From NCBI GenBank assembly GCA_963664225.1, contig OY760937.1, forward strand, positions 2,752,001 through 2,816,000: a stretch of DNA of 64,000 nucleotides, read 5' to 3'. The notes under the pieces were generated by a model. It saw only the letters and a list, made by a program, of their open reading frames with translations. It ran no database searches and was not told the origin of the DNA. Below are positions 43,453-53,478 of the stretch, piece after piece. Source of the stretch: Verrucomicrobiia bacterium (GTDB lineage: Bacteria; Verrucomicrobiota; Verrucomicrobiia; Limisphaerales; UBA1319). How positions within the stretch are numbered: the stretch's first letter is position 1; each line of letters begins with the position of its first letter. Made by a program: the position numbers and the translations under genes.

Positions 43453-44425
43453 AAGTTTTCTTTCTGCGCAGCGTTGGCACCGCGAAGTGGGAATGAAACC
43501 GCGTGCCCGCACTTTCCAACAACTCTGCCGTGGCCTGAAGATAAACTTCGGTGCAGGTCACCGTGGAGTGTCCCAGATAAGTTGATAACACCGGCAGCTT
43601 GGCGGCCAGATTCGCTCCTTCCCGATACCAGGCAAGCAGACGATTGACAGCGAAGGAATGACGAAAGTCATGGATGCGCGGGCCACGTTGCCCCGGCGGC
43701 TTGCGGATGCCGAGCTTGCGGATGATTTCCAGGAAGATAGTGGTGAACCCCGCCTCTCCGTAACGCCTGCCACGGAGATTAACAAAGAGGGGTGAGTTGA
43801 CGTCCGTGGACATGCCAGCCATAGAGCGCTGATGCAGATAAACCCGGAGTTGCGTGACAGCGGAGGAGGACAAAGGAACGTTGCGAGTCTTTTTAAACTT
43901 GGTCTCGCGGATTAACAGCATGCACCGTTTGAGGTCAACGTCCGCCAGAGTCAGCTTCAATGCTTCGCCGATCCGCAAGCCGGTTGTATAGAGCAAACCA
44001 ACGAGATTGGATATGACAACCGGTCGCAGGCTCCCGAGTGGACCAATCCGCCTGGCAGCGGCCATGATTTGTTGCACTTCCTTGAGCGAGTATATATATG
44101 GCGCCGGACGGGTGCGGCGCGGCAAAAAGCTCTGGTGAACCACACAGGTTCGCGGATCGAAGTGGGCCAGGTACCGGCAGAACTGGCGCAGCACCGAGAT
44201 ATGATTAATCCGGGTGCCGATGCTCAAGTATTCCAGACTCTTGATCCGGCGCTCGGCGATTTCGCGCGTGATGGTTTCTCCGGGTTGGAGTTCGCTCAAC
44301 AGAAAGCGGTCCAGGCCAATGAGGAGTTTCTGGCTGGAGACACCTCGCCGGCCTGCCGCATTGCGTGTTTCCAAAAAACATTGGAGTCGGAAAGCCAATG
44401 GACTGCGAAAGAGGCACGTTGCCAT
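43439..44425 (-). CDS. Tyrosine recombinase (RitB-like)
   Basis: TGLRIGE, TKFKK, HDFRHSFA and LSTYLGH...TEVY motifs. Confidence 0.93.
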   Translation of the reverse strand: MATCLFRSPLAFRLQCFLETRNAAGRRGVSSQKLLIGLDRFLLSELQPGETITREIAERRIKSLEYLSIGTRINHISVLRQFCRYLAHFDPRTCVVHQSFLPRRTRPAPYIYSLKEVQQIMAAARRIGPLGSLRPVVISNLVGLLYTTGLRIGEALKLTLADVDLKRCMLLIRETKFKKTRNVPLSSSAVTQLRVYLHQRSMAGMSTDVNSPLFVNLRGRRYGEAGFTTIFLEIIRKLGIRKPPGQRGPRIHDFRHSFAVNRLLAWYREGANLAAKLPVLSTYLGHSTVTCTEVYLQATAELLESAGTRFHSHFAVPTLRRKKTYDKD

Positions 44426-44428
44426 ATG

Positions 44429-45685
44429 TTATCCTTTCTCTGGCCAGGGCATGGCCGCTTCGCGCAGGGTCTTCAAATCCGCCTTCGCATAGATGAACGT
44501 AGTGTCGATGTAACGATGGCCCAGCACGTCGGCGATGGCTTTGATCGGTGAGTCGTTCGCCAAGGCGCGAATAGCCCAGGAATGACGGAGTGTTCTGGAG
44601 CCGCCGCCAGCCATGGTGACGCCGGCCTTGCGCATGTATTCTCGTACGAGATGGGAGATAACCAGACTGTTGAGCGGGCGAACTGGCGCTTTGACCGTGA
44701 GGAAGACTTCCCGGAACGGTGTTTTGTCAACTCGGTGGCGGAGATAACCGATGAGAGCGTCCCCCACGGTGTCCATCAGCGGCAGGACCACCTCCTTGCC
44801 GCCTTTTTGGGCGCGAATGCGGATTTGAGAACGCTGCCAATCCATGTCGTCCAGCAATAGTTCGGCGACCGAGACACCCCGCAGGCCATAAGCCATCATC
44901 AGAACCATGATCGCGTAATCCCTCGCGCCGTTCGGCGTGTTTTTGTCAATCGCGCCCAGCATCCGTTCCAAAGCCGAGTCTTCCATCCCTTTGGGCAGCG
45001 AAGCATGGCGATAACGCCGGACAGGAGGAATCAAGCCCGAAAAATCGATGCGCGTGTGCTGGTGTGCGGCGCAGTATCGAAAAAACCTGCGGAGAGCCCC
45101 GGCCAAAGCAGAGAGATTTTCCGGGCTGTCTTTAAGGTGTTGCTTCACGTAGCCCTCGACCGCCTCAGCCGACAAGGTTTTGAAGTGCTTGGGACCGGCT
45201 TTCTGCCGCAGGGTTTCCAGGAATGAACCGACCTGCGCACGGGCTCTCTGCATCGTGACCTTGGAAAACTCGCACTCCTCCTGGAGATGTTGGAGATAGG
45301 GATCAAGCAGCCAACGGTAGGGTGTTTTTACTGGTTTTGGCTTGGACGGCTGAAGGACTTTGATTTGAATCAGATAATCCCATAAGCGGTTCAGTGCGTT
45401 CCGGGCGGTATAGCGTGGCGAATACAGGCAAGCCGTTCGGCTTTGCACCAAATAGAGCTCAAGAAAAGAATCCCGGGCTGTCTCTGTGATTTTGCTGGCC
45501 TGCATAATCCTGCTTTCAATCAGGAAAGCATTGAACTGGCAGCATTTTCCTAAAATCCCCGTGACCGAATCGGCGGCATATCCGCGCTCCTTGAGGTGGG
45601 CGGCAAAGCGGTCGAAATAAGGGCCAATGGGGCCGCGTCGGAAATCGACGAGGGTTCGTTTTTCTCTGTACCAGAATTCGAGCAT
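44429..45685 (-). CDS. Tyrosine recombinase (RitA-like)
   Basis: RDYAI...YGLR, LRHSWA and LGHRYIDTTFIYAK motifs; the usual His of HxxR appears to be replaced. Confidence 0.9.
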   Translation of the reverse strand: MLEFWYREKRTLVDFRRGPIGPYFDRFAAHLKERGYAADSVTGILGKCCQFNAFLIESRIMQASKITETARDSFLELYLVQSRTACLYSPRYTARNALNRLWDYLIQIKVLQPSKPKPVKTPYRWLLDPYLQHLQEECEFSKVTMQRARAQVGSFLETLRQKAGPKHFKTLSAEAVEGYVKQHLKDSPENLSALAGALRRFFRYCAAHQHTRIDFSGLIPPVRRYRHASLPKGMEDSALERMLGAIDKNTPNGARDYAIMVLMMAYGLRGVSVAELLLDDMDWQRSQIRIRAQKGGKEVVLPLMDTVGDALIGYLRHRVDKTPFREVFLTVKAPVRPLNSLVISHLVREYMRKAGVTMAGGGSRTLRHSWAIRALANDSPIKAIADVLGHRYIDTTFIYAKADLKTLREAAMPWPEKG

Positions 45686-45861
45686 AAAATTGACGGTGTT
45701 TTTTGGTTGAAACCGGCGGAGCAAAGGTGAACGATTACCAGTTTAGAGTTGGAGTTTTCAAGATTGCTGCGATCACGCGGTTTTTGCCTATGCACATTCC
45801 CACTTCATAAAAAAAACCGCAGTGCTGTAAAAAGCACTGCGGTTATGTGAAGCGGACCATT

Positions 45862-46131
45862 TCAAAACGAACAGTCGGGCTGCCGTTGTGGGGACTGCTT
45901 CGCCGCATCGACAATCGAGGCATCGGGGGAGCGCAATTCAATAACGCCAGGAGCAATACAGGTGACGTGAACACGATTGCCGGGATTGAACCCCGCTTGT
46001 TCAAGCCATCGTCCCATGAGCCGAATTTTTGGTTTGATGAGGCCCTTCCAAGGGTCGCCATCGGCCTCAATCTTCAACGTGCGAACAGTCGGGTTCGCCT
46101 CAGTCGGTTGGTGCGATTTGTTTTCAAGCAT
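45862..46131 (-). CDS. SymE-family toxin-like protein
   Basis: PKIRLMGRWLEQAGFNPGNRVHV matches the SymE signature (L-x-G-x-W-L-x-x-A-G-F). Confidence 0.75.
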   Translation of the reverse strand: MLENKSHQPTEANPTVRTLKIEADGDPWKGLIKPKIRLMGRWLEQAGFNPGNRVHVTCIAPGVIELRSPDASIVDAAKQSPQRQPDCSF

Positions 46132-46301
46132 GACGACCCCCTCGCGGCGAAATCCGCATGGACCCCAATACCACATGCGTCCATGGAAGTACAGCCATCC
46201 CTCTCGACTGCGCCGCAGCACGAATTAGCATCCCGACCGCGCCGTCACTGCACATAAATCCGCACTGCACATAACATAATTTATGTGCTGCGACACATAA
46301 G

Positions 46302-46747
46302 TTGTGCGCGAGAATGATGGCCGCCGCCCGATGGGCTATGGCCGTGCCAAAAACTTCGCGCGGATGGACCAGAATGGTGTCCAAGGTGCCCTGGGAGATG
46401 GTTTGCACCGCAATCAGTCGCCGACGGGAGTTCACCAGGATCGTCTGGAAAACCTCAACGGTGTAAAGCCGGTTTCGCTCACGCAACAGGTCCGCCACAC
46501 GTTCCGGGGCGTCCAGCATGGGCGGCTCGATAATGGTCTCGTGGCTGAGGCGCTGGGCGAGAAGGAAGGCCGATTTGATGGCTGCAGCGCGTGATTTGCC
46601 GACCCCTTTGATTTGCTGGAGTTCGTTGAGCGAGACCTGCGCCAGCTTGGTCAGCCCTCCGTATTCTTCCATCAGCATTGTCGCGGCCGATTTGCCGGTC
46701 AGCGTGGAAAGCAGGTCAACATTACTGGCATGCTCGAAATGTTCCAT
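46302..46747 (-). pseudogene. radC: 5' fragment of radC interrupted by the RIT element
   Basis: HhH motif IKGVGKSRA and GTLDTILVHPREVF...IILAHN, after which the frame runs into element sequence. Confidence 0.9.
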
Positions 46748-47020
46748 GGATTGATCCCTCCCTTCGATGGGACGAATCTTACCACTGTTTGAATCCTTAA
46801 GGAACAATTTGGAGGCTGTGTTCTATTGCAATGACCGTGCCATGGATTGGCCGGAAACGACGTGTTACATGTTACACCGAAGTGGAGGTCCGAAGACCGG
46901 CGGCATCGGGGCGAGGAGGCCCGGGCGCACGCCCCTTGGATCGCGGGCCTCGAAGCCGAGCGTAGCGAGGGGCACCCTGGGCCGCCGCAGTTGAGGGCCG
47001 GAACGATAGGCCACGAACTG

Positions 47021-47786
47021 GCCGATCTAGTGTTCCTCGTCTTCAAAACGATTTTCAACGGCGAGACATCAGCCAGCCCAGCCAGCGCCGCCAATGGGGA
47101 GACCGCCGAAAGGCATTGATGAGCGCGGAGGAGGAGCGAGAGTTTCTGGCACCTTGGGAGGAGAGGGTCAAAAGCGGGGGGCTATTGGTGCTTTCGCCTA
47201 TTCGGGCCGCGCTGGCGCAACGCCTGGGGCGTCCCGTGGCGGAATCGGTGGTGTATCGTTTTCTGGCGCGGCATGGCTGGCGCAAGGTTGCGCCCGACAT
47301 ACGCCACCCCAAAAGCGATCTCCGCGTTCAGGAGGAATGGAAAAAAGCTCCCGGAAGCGCTGGCATCCTTGCTGACTCTTGAAACAGTGCGAAGGCGCAA
47401 GGTCCGAATCATGTTTCAAGACGAGGCTCTGTTTGGCCGAATGGTTCGGATTCGCCGCTGCTGGTCGCCCTCTCCGTTGCGGCCGAAGGTCGACAACGGA
47501 TATGATCGTCAATTTGTCTATGTTTACGGGGAGGTCAGCCCGCTGGAAGGGCAATTGGATTGGATGATTTGCAAAGAGATGAATACCGAGCGCATGAGCG
47601 AATTTCTGCGGCAAGTCAGTCAAGGTCATGAAAATGAGTATATCGTTATGGTTCTCGATGGCGCCAGTTCTCATAAATCAAAAGAGTTGGCGATATCTGA
47701 AAACATGTATTTTCACCGGCTGCCCGCTTATTCCCCAGAACTCAACCCCCAGGAACATGTCTGGGATGAGCTTCGAGAGAAGGAGT
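47021..47786 (+). mobile_element. IS630-family transposase remnant (two frames, both ends truncated)
   Basis: Winged-helix part (VYRFLARHGWRKVAP..HPK), frame change at an A6 run near 47341, DDE part (FQDEA, LDGASSH, LPAYSPELNPQEHVW). Confidence 0.85.
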
Positions 47787-48199
47787 GTATTGAATCGCAT
47801 TTGTCCGTTTCGTTGGTGTGAGTTATTGCACGGCGCGGAGCAGGCGCAGTATCCGCCTTCGAAGGCTGGTTTCGAATTCTTCGGCCTGCCCAATGTCAAG
47901 CCGAGCCTGCGCGGCGCAGGCATTTTGAGCAATGAGCGCAACGAACCACTTGGTTGTTTTTTTGGGAACACATTTTGCGGGTGGTTTTTTCTCATCTCGC
48001 TTTTGAAGTTCCTCACCTTTCCACCGTCCCATTCATAAGGCCATAAGGCCACATCCGATTGGCGCTATTCGACCACGCTGGCCAATATTGGCCTTCATAA
48101 TTAAATCAAATCAATGGCACGCAAAACAACAAACTGTTTGGCATGAATAGGTTATGTACTTTTTCAAAATTCTGGAATGAACCCTGCTACGGACGCAGC

Positions 48200-49069
48200 A
48201 TGGTTCGAGTCATTGGTTTAATGCTGATCGTTATTGGCCTATCCACAGCCCGCCTGCTGTCGGCCCAGCCTCTCATTGGCCACGACGTTCCCTTTGAATT
48301 CCGTGATGGATTGCTTTGGGTGCGCGTTCAATTGACGAATCCCTCCCGAACCTTACATTTTCTTCTCGATACAGGAGCCACAGTCAGCGCGGTGGATGAA
48401 GGTGTGGCAAGGCAGCTTGGATTAGGGTTTGGGGAACGGATCAAGGTGCAAGGCGTGAAGTCCGAAACCGAGGGTTACTGGCCAACAAAGTTGACGGCCA
48501 AGCTGGGAGATTATCCTTTGCCAGAGAAACTCCTGGCGGTCGATCTGAGAACGTTAGGTTCGGCCTGTTGTCAACCGGTTGACGGCCTGTTAGGGGCTGA
48601 TTTTCTAAAGGATAAAGTCGTCCAAATCGATTTCAAGGCCAGCCAGCTGCGGTTTGGAAAAAGTGCCGTTCAAGTGATTCCAAACCCCGATACACTACCA
48701 TTAAAAAACCGGGCTGGTAAGCTGCTGGTGCCGATTAGCGTCAATAGCGGAAAAACTCAATGGGTTCGCATGGATACAGGATGCGCATCCAGCCTGCATT
48801 GGGTTGTTGGAAAGGATATTCCAACCGCCCGGAATGAAAAGGTTTCGGTCGGTCTGGCGCCCCTTTGCATTCCATGGGAGACGACCTCGGTTCGTTTGGG
48901 ACGCACGGATTTTCAGCACGTCCCCACGGGACTGCATCGGGGCAGAATATTCAACGGTGAGGATGGTCTGCTTGGAAATGGCCTGCTGGCCCAATTCGAC
49001 CGGGTGACCATCGATGTCCCAGGCAGGAAACTGGTCTTGGAGAAGATCAAATCTATTACCGAGCACTGA
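48200..49069 (+). CDS. Secreted two-domain retropepsin-like aspartyl protease
   Basis: Signal peptide; two modules, LLDTGA...GLLGADFL and MDTGC...GLLGNGLL. Confidence 0.85.
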   Translation: MVRVIGLMLIVIGLSTARLLSAQPLIGHDVPFEFRDGLLWVRVQLTNPSRTLHFLLDTGATVSAVDEGVARQLGLGFGERIKVQGVKSETEGYWPTKLTAKLGDYPLPEKLLAVDLRTLGSACCQPVDGLLGADFLKDKVVQIDFKASQLRFGKSAVQVIPNPDTLPLKNRAGKLLVPISVNSGKTQWVRMDTGCASSLHWVVGKDIPTARNEKVSVGLAPLCIPWETTSVRLGRTDFQHVPTGLHRGRIFNGEDGLLGNGLLAQFDRVTIDVPGRKLVLEKIKSITEH

Positions 49070-49350
49070 AGCGCAACCGGTTCTTCTCTATCGAATCCCT
49101 TGACGCAGGTTGAGCGGAACGCAAACGCTCACACGATTGTCGGGCGGTTTGAGCAACCGCATCCGACACTCTGGTTTCCAAGGGTTTACCTTTTCAGTCA
49201 ACGCATCCCACTCGATTGCCCGGAATTGGGTGATTTATTCCAGGCGATGACATTTATCATTTTTTCTGAGGGATTGTGTCTTGTGCGGGGTATTAAGAGC
49301 AAAGAATAAAACACGAACCGGTAAAAACACCCGATTCGCAGAAAGGAAAA

Positions 49351-49710
49351 ATGAACACCAATAAAACATTCAATGGAATCATGGCCTTGATCGCAGCTCT
49401 AACCGTCGCTCAATCCGTGAGTGGGGCGGATGTCTTGCTCACTCCTAGCGCAGCATCCCGCCAGACCCATCAGGTCTCTGGCATTGCAAATGATCGGGAT
49501 TTCGTTCATAGCACAGCACAGAGCACCTTCCAATCGCCTCGGGGATTGGCCAACCAGACACGGGTAGTACCTGCGCCATCGACCAAGGATAAGGATTTTG
49601 TTCATAATCAAAGCCCTTTGCGTCCCGGTAAGGATCCACTTCGTGAACAATACACCCGTTATTTGAAATCGACCGGAAAGGACGCTTATCAACTGGCGCC
49701 GATTAAATAA
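49351..49710 (+). CDS. Small secreted protein with an internal repeat
   Basis: AAAGGA RBS, signal peptide, repeated DRDFVH/DKDFVH. Confidence 0.7.
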   Translation: MNTNKTFNGIMALIAALTVAQSVSGADVLLTPSAASRQTHQVSGIANDRDFVHSTAQSTFQSPRGLANQTRVVPAPSTKDKDFVHNQSPLRPGKDPLREQYTRYLKSTGKDAYQLAPIK

Positions 49711-49830
49711 GGAAAATTGAAAAATGATGGTGAAAAAGTGTATTGCGCTGGTTTCCGAAATTCGGCCTCATCAAGAAGGATGGAGGGCTAAAAAGGCCCT
49801 CCAAAACGGAAGCAACGCAGTTTGGAAAAT

Positions 49831-50439
49831 ATGAAACTAATAATGAAAAAATATCAGATTCTTCTGCTCGCTTCGTTTGCACTCGCGGCTGTTCCTGCCG
49901 GCCTAGCTCAAAGCTGCTGCGGGGGTTCGATGGCTGCTTGTCCCATGACTGGCGCTCAGATGGGGAGCAACACCACGGTGCAGGCTCGCACCGGCGTGCT
50001 CCTGTCAGCGCCAGCCGGCGTGGCTAAAGCGGTATTGGGCGATTACATCGCGATACAGGCTGCCCTGGCAAAGGATTCCCTCAGTGGCATTTCCGAGAGT
50101 GCGAATGCGTTGGCAAAAGCTGTTCAGGATGATCAAACAAAGTCCTTTCCAGCGCAAATCTCCAAACAGGCGGAAGCCTTGTCCCAAGCCACGAATTTAG
50201 CGGCTGCCCGCGAGACATTCAAATTATTGAGCCAGTCTCTCATCGAATACGTCAATACACGGAAGATGACAACGGGAACCTATTACGAGGTTTATTGTCC
50301 TATGGCCAAGGCCAAATGGCTGCAAACCGAAAAAACCGTCACCAATCCTTACATGGGCCAGGCAATGCTCGAGTGCGGGCAATTGGTGCAGGTGATCAAT
50401 GGTGCGGACGTCCCTCACACAGGGCATGCCGGCCATTAA
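49831..50439 (+). CDS. DUF3347-like heavy-metal-associated periplasmic protein
   Basis: YIAIQAALAKD, AARETFKLLS and YCPMA..WLQ..NPYMG..MLECG motifs; His-rich tail. Confidence 0.85.
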   Translation: MKLIMKKYQILLLASFALAAVPAGLAQSCCGGSMAACPMTGAQMGSNTTVQARTGVLLSAPAGVAKAVLGDYIAIQAALAKDSLSGISESANALAKAVQDDQTKSFPAQISKQAEALSQATNLAAARETFKLLSQSLIEYVNTRKMTTGTYYEVYCPMAKAKWLQTEKTVTNPYMGQAMLECGQLVQVINGADVPHTGHAGH

Positions 50440-50675
50440 CACGAACACGAACGACGATGAACGCGAAATTCAACGGTTCCTTGCTACTGCTGGAACGACA
50501 CGCCCATGCCACGAACACCGGTCCTCCCGAGCGTGTCGCGGGAAGACCCCCGGTGGCGCAAGCCACAGTATCTACTCCACAAATACACCAACATACTCAT
50601 CTTGCTGACAACCAGGTTTCAGGAAGATTACCCGCCGGATCCTCAACTGAATTGCTTGAAGCATTATACTAAAGT

Positions 50676-51983
50676 ATGCCCACCCCATCAACGTCCCCTC
50701 ATGCCGACGGAAGCATGCAACAGTTGCGTTGCCGCCGACGTTGGCCTGTCGCAATTGCGGTGGTTGGCTCAATGCTTGCGTTCGTTTTCTGGCAGCCGAT
50801 TCAGACCCGGTTCCTGGAGTATTTAGTAATGCGGAACGATGATCCAGCGCCAACGGTGCTCTCGGAAGTCGCTGATCGACTCGGGAATCCAACGGAGTTT
50901 CTGCTCAGACTCTGGCGCACACCGAATCTCTCCAATCATCAGTTTGTTCTGGAATACTTGAGGCAGCATCCGGACTCCAACCCGGACTTGTTCACCCCTT
51001 TGGAATTCGCAGTGCTGGCGGCAGCACATGACGTGGATCTCGAAGCCAGAGAACAAGCCTTCAGTTTGCTGGCTCGGATGAAACATCCCGAATTGCCTCG
51101 CCTGGCCCGGGAACAATTGGGCGATGTCGATCCTGAGGTGCGCGCGCTGGGCCTGCAAATGCTGAATGGTGCAGCGGTTTCGAACGATGTGCCAATGGCC
51201 ATCGCCTTGTTGGGCGATCCTGACCCGCGCGTGGTGGTTTCCGCAGCCAGCCTGTTGCGCCATGTGACCGGGCAGGACTTCGGCATCCGGCAAACACAAG
51301 CTCCACCGCGATTCTCTGGTCCAGCGGCTCAGACACCATCTCCAGCCAATCTGGAAATCATCCACCAGGGCGTCGAGCGATGGCAGCAATGGTGGAAGGT
51401 CCACCATACGGAATACCCTGCCTCATCCACACAGAGCCAAAGAAAACTCACAACACCAAGCCTTGCGATGCCCGATGTCACATTGCAGGATTTAAGCGGG
51501 CATGAGGTTCGCATTTCGGCCTTTCGGGGCAAGGCCGTTCTGCTTAGTTTTTGGGAAGCCACCAATGCCCTGAGTCTGGTCGAAATATCCACCCTGAAAT
51601 CGCTTCAGACCCGGCTTCAACAACGTCTGACAATCCTTGGCATCTGCTTTACCGCGCCCGTTCTGCAGGACTGCGGCGACCACGGGGACGAGCACGCAGA
51701 CGAAAATGAATCTGGAGGCGGGCACGCTCATAAACATGTATGCCCTCCGCCTGACCTGGCTCAAATCCGAGGGCAGATTCAGGATGTTGTGAAAGCCAAC
51801 AAAATCAATTATCCGGCGCTTCTGGATGAGAAAGAAGTGCTTAAGGGCCGCGACTTTGTTGGGCAGATGCCAACCTATGTGCTCATTGACACGCAGGGGA
51901 ACATTCGTCGCCGGTTTGTCGGAAGCAGAACGGAAACCGTTTTCGCGGCCATGATCAATGAATTGTCAGCAAACGGCGAGTGA
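50676..51983 (+). CDS. HEAT-repeat plus TlpA/redoxin-fold protein lacking CxxC
   Basis: HEAT motifs DPEVR and DPRVV; FRGKAVLLSFW...MPTYVLIDTQGNIR; His-rich insert. Confidence 0.75.
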   Translation: MPTPSTSPHADGSMQQLRCRRRWPVAIAVVGSMLAFVFWQPIQTRFLEYLVMRNDDPAPTVLSEVADRLGNPTEFLLRLWRTPNLSNHQFVLEYLRQHPDSNPDLFTPLEFAVLAAAHDVDLEAREQAFSLLARMKHPELPRLAREQLGDVDPEVRALGLQMLNGAAVSNDVPMAIALLGDPDPRVVVSAASLLRHVTGQDFGIRQTQAPPRFSGPAAQTPSPANLEIIHQGVERWQQWWKVHHTEYPASSTQSQRKLTTPSLAMPDVTLQDLSGHEVRISAFRGKAVLLSFWEATNALSLVEISTLKSLQTRLQQRLTILGICFTAPVLQDCGDHGDEHADENESGGGHAHKHVCPPPDLAQIRGQIQDVVKANKINYPALLDEKEVLKGRDFVGQMPTYVLIDTQGNIRRRFVGSRTETVFAAMINELSANGE

Positions 51984-52251
51984 CCGCAGAAAAGCCAACC
52001 AACTGCGACATCATGCCTCGCTGGAGGCTGTGTTGGTTGTGCTTTATTTTCAGGGCGATTGAAATAATTCATAGGCCAGGATTCAAAAGGAGTCGCAACG
52101 GCAAACTCCTGGCAAGAGTAAAAGGTGTTCGTCCGGGGGTAAAGATTCTCAATTCCTTACAATCTCTTTAAGGAATGGCGCTTGGGAATGATACCCTCAC
52201 GCCATCCCGATTCATTTGAAACCAATCATGCCCTGTGCTTTGGGATCACTC

Positions 52252-53478
52252 TCAGAACTTATAGATGACGTTGAGCGCCAGCGAGAGCGCATTGTTGTCG
52301 TTGACGCCAAAGGGGCGTTGATTTGCCAGATCATGGTCCCAACGAAACTCCGCCCGGGTGACGACGTTGGCCCAAAGCGAGTAGTCCGTAGTGAAGGTCC
52401 AGGCAGCGACCTCGTTGCGTGGATGTGACGTGGTGGCTGCCGGATCCAGGCTATACCATGTGCCGACCGTGCCCGTGGCGTATTCCGCGCGGCTCGCGAG
52501 CTTGAGTTTCTCCGTGGCCTGATACATGAGATATATTGAGGCTGCATTCGCATAGCTGGAAGCCACGGTGGGCGTCTCTTTCGTGCCCCGGTATTCCCAG
52601 GCATAACCCACTGTGAGTTCCTTCAAAGGCGTTGCCACAGCGCCTCCGACGTAAAAGCTCGTAATGTCACTGGCCGGGCTGGTGGCTCCCGAACCCAGAC
52701 CGTCAATCACCCCAAATCCCAGTGTGCTGCCTCCAAACCAGCCAAGGCTCTTGGGTGCGGTGAGCGTGATGAGTCCCATGTAAGTCTTCTCGGACTCAGC
52801 GGCGGCCACACCCGCCCGTGTTGGACGTGCATTCAATCCCGGGGACCAGGTGTTGGCAACGCCGGCCTGCGCCCCGATGATCTCGTTAAACTGGTAGCTG
52901 GCCAGCACTCCGGTCATTTGCGTGGGCTCGATGAAGAAACCATAAGACCGGCTGAAGTTGGGATTATTGGCGCTTTCAATGACTTCGTAACCGAGAAATT
53001 CTGTGAAATTGCCGACCTTAAGGGTGATGTCGTTTCCGACCGGAACTTTCAAGTTCACATAGGCATCTTTCAGGGCGAAGTCAGACAATCCTGCCCCGGG
53101 GGACTGGTTGTAATTAACCGCGTCGGGCCCAAACATCATCGTGAAATTGTAACCGGCAGACCATGGGGTCTCGTCCAATGGCTTGCTTAAAGTCAGGAAG
53201 ACCGCGTTCAGGTTAAAGCCATCCTGTTTTCCCGTGCCGTCATAGGATCTCCCGGGAAAAGTGTCTCCTGGCTGCGGATTGTTTACACCCCTTCCACCAT
53301 TGCCGGAACCAAATTTCCAGATCGCAGAGGTATCGACATACCCACTGAGTGTCGTGCTGGACAAAGCCGTTATGACCGCATGTTGCTGTTCCTCCGCCTG
53401 CAGTAGGCCTGGAAGCGTGATAAGGCCTGTAGCGGCCAAGGCCAAAGTCCACGGACTGCTTTTCGTCACTGGTCTCAT
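52252..53478 (-). CDS. Outer-membrane beta-barrel porin (BBP2/DUF1597-like)
   Basis: Signal peptide, LSGYVD, GYEVIE..NPNFSRSY, C-terminal YKF. Confidence 0.85.
   Translation of the reverse strand: MRPVTKSSPWTLALAATGLITLPGLLQAEEQQHAVITALSSTTLSGYVDTSAIWKFGSGNGGRGVNNPQPGDTFPGRSYDGTGKQDGFNLNAVFLTLSKPLDETPWSAGYNFTMMFGPDAVNYNQSPGAGLSDFALKDAYVNLKVPVGNDITLKVGNFTEFLGYEVIESANNPNFSRSYGFFIEPTQMTGVLASYQFNEIIGAQAGVANTWSPGLNARPTRAGVAAAESEKTYMGLITLTAPKSLGWFGGSTLGFGVIDGLGSGATSPASDITSFYVGGAVATPLKELTVGYAWEYRGTKETPTVASSYANAASIYLMYQATEKLKLASRAEYATGTVGTWYSLDPAATTSHPRNEVAAWTFTTDYSLWANVVTRAEFRWDHDLANQRPFGVNDNNALSLALNVIYKF

Larger units (their letters stand above)
42345..46301 (-). mobile_element. RIT (recombinase-in-trio) element inserted in radC
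   Basis: Three tandem tyrosine recombinases; inverted repeats at 42345-42368 and 46251-46274 (22/24 match); TTGTG at both junctions (42340-42344 and 46302-46306). Confidence 0.9.

Noticed and set aside
42439..45685. The three recombinases as the integrase of the conjugative element
   Set aside because: They have their own inverted repeats and target site in radC. No element integrase or att site was identified, so ICE versus plasmid remains unresolved.
46124..46807. Intact 227 aa radC
   Set aside because: Chimeric: after IILAHN the frame reads into RIT sequence, and the true 3' half lies at 42165-42344.
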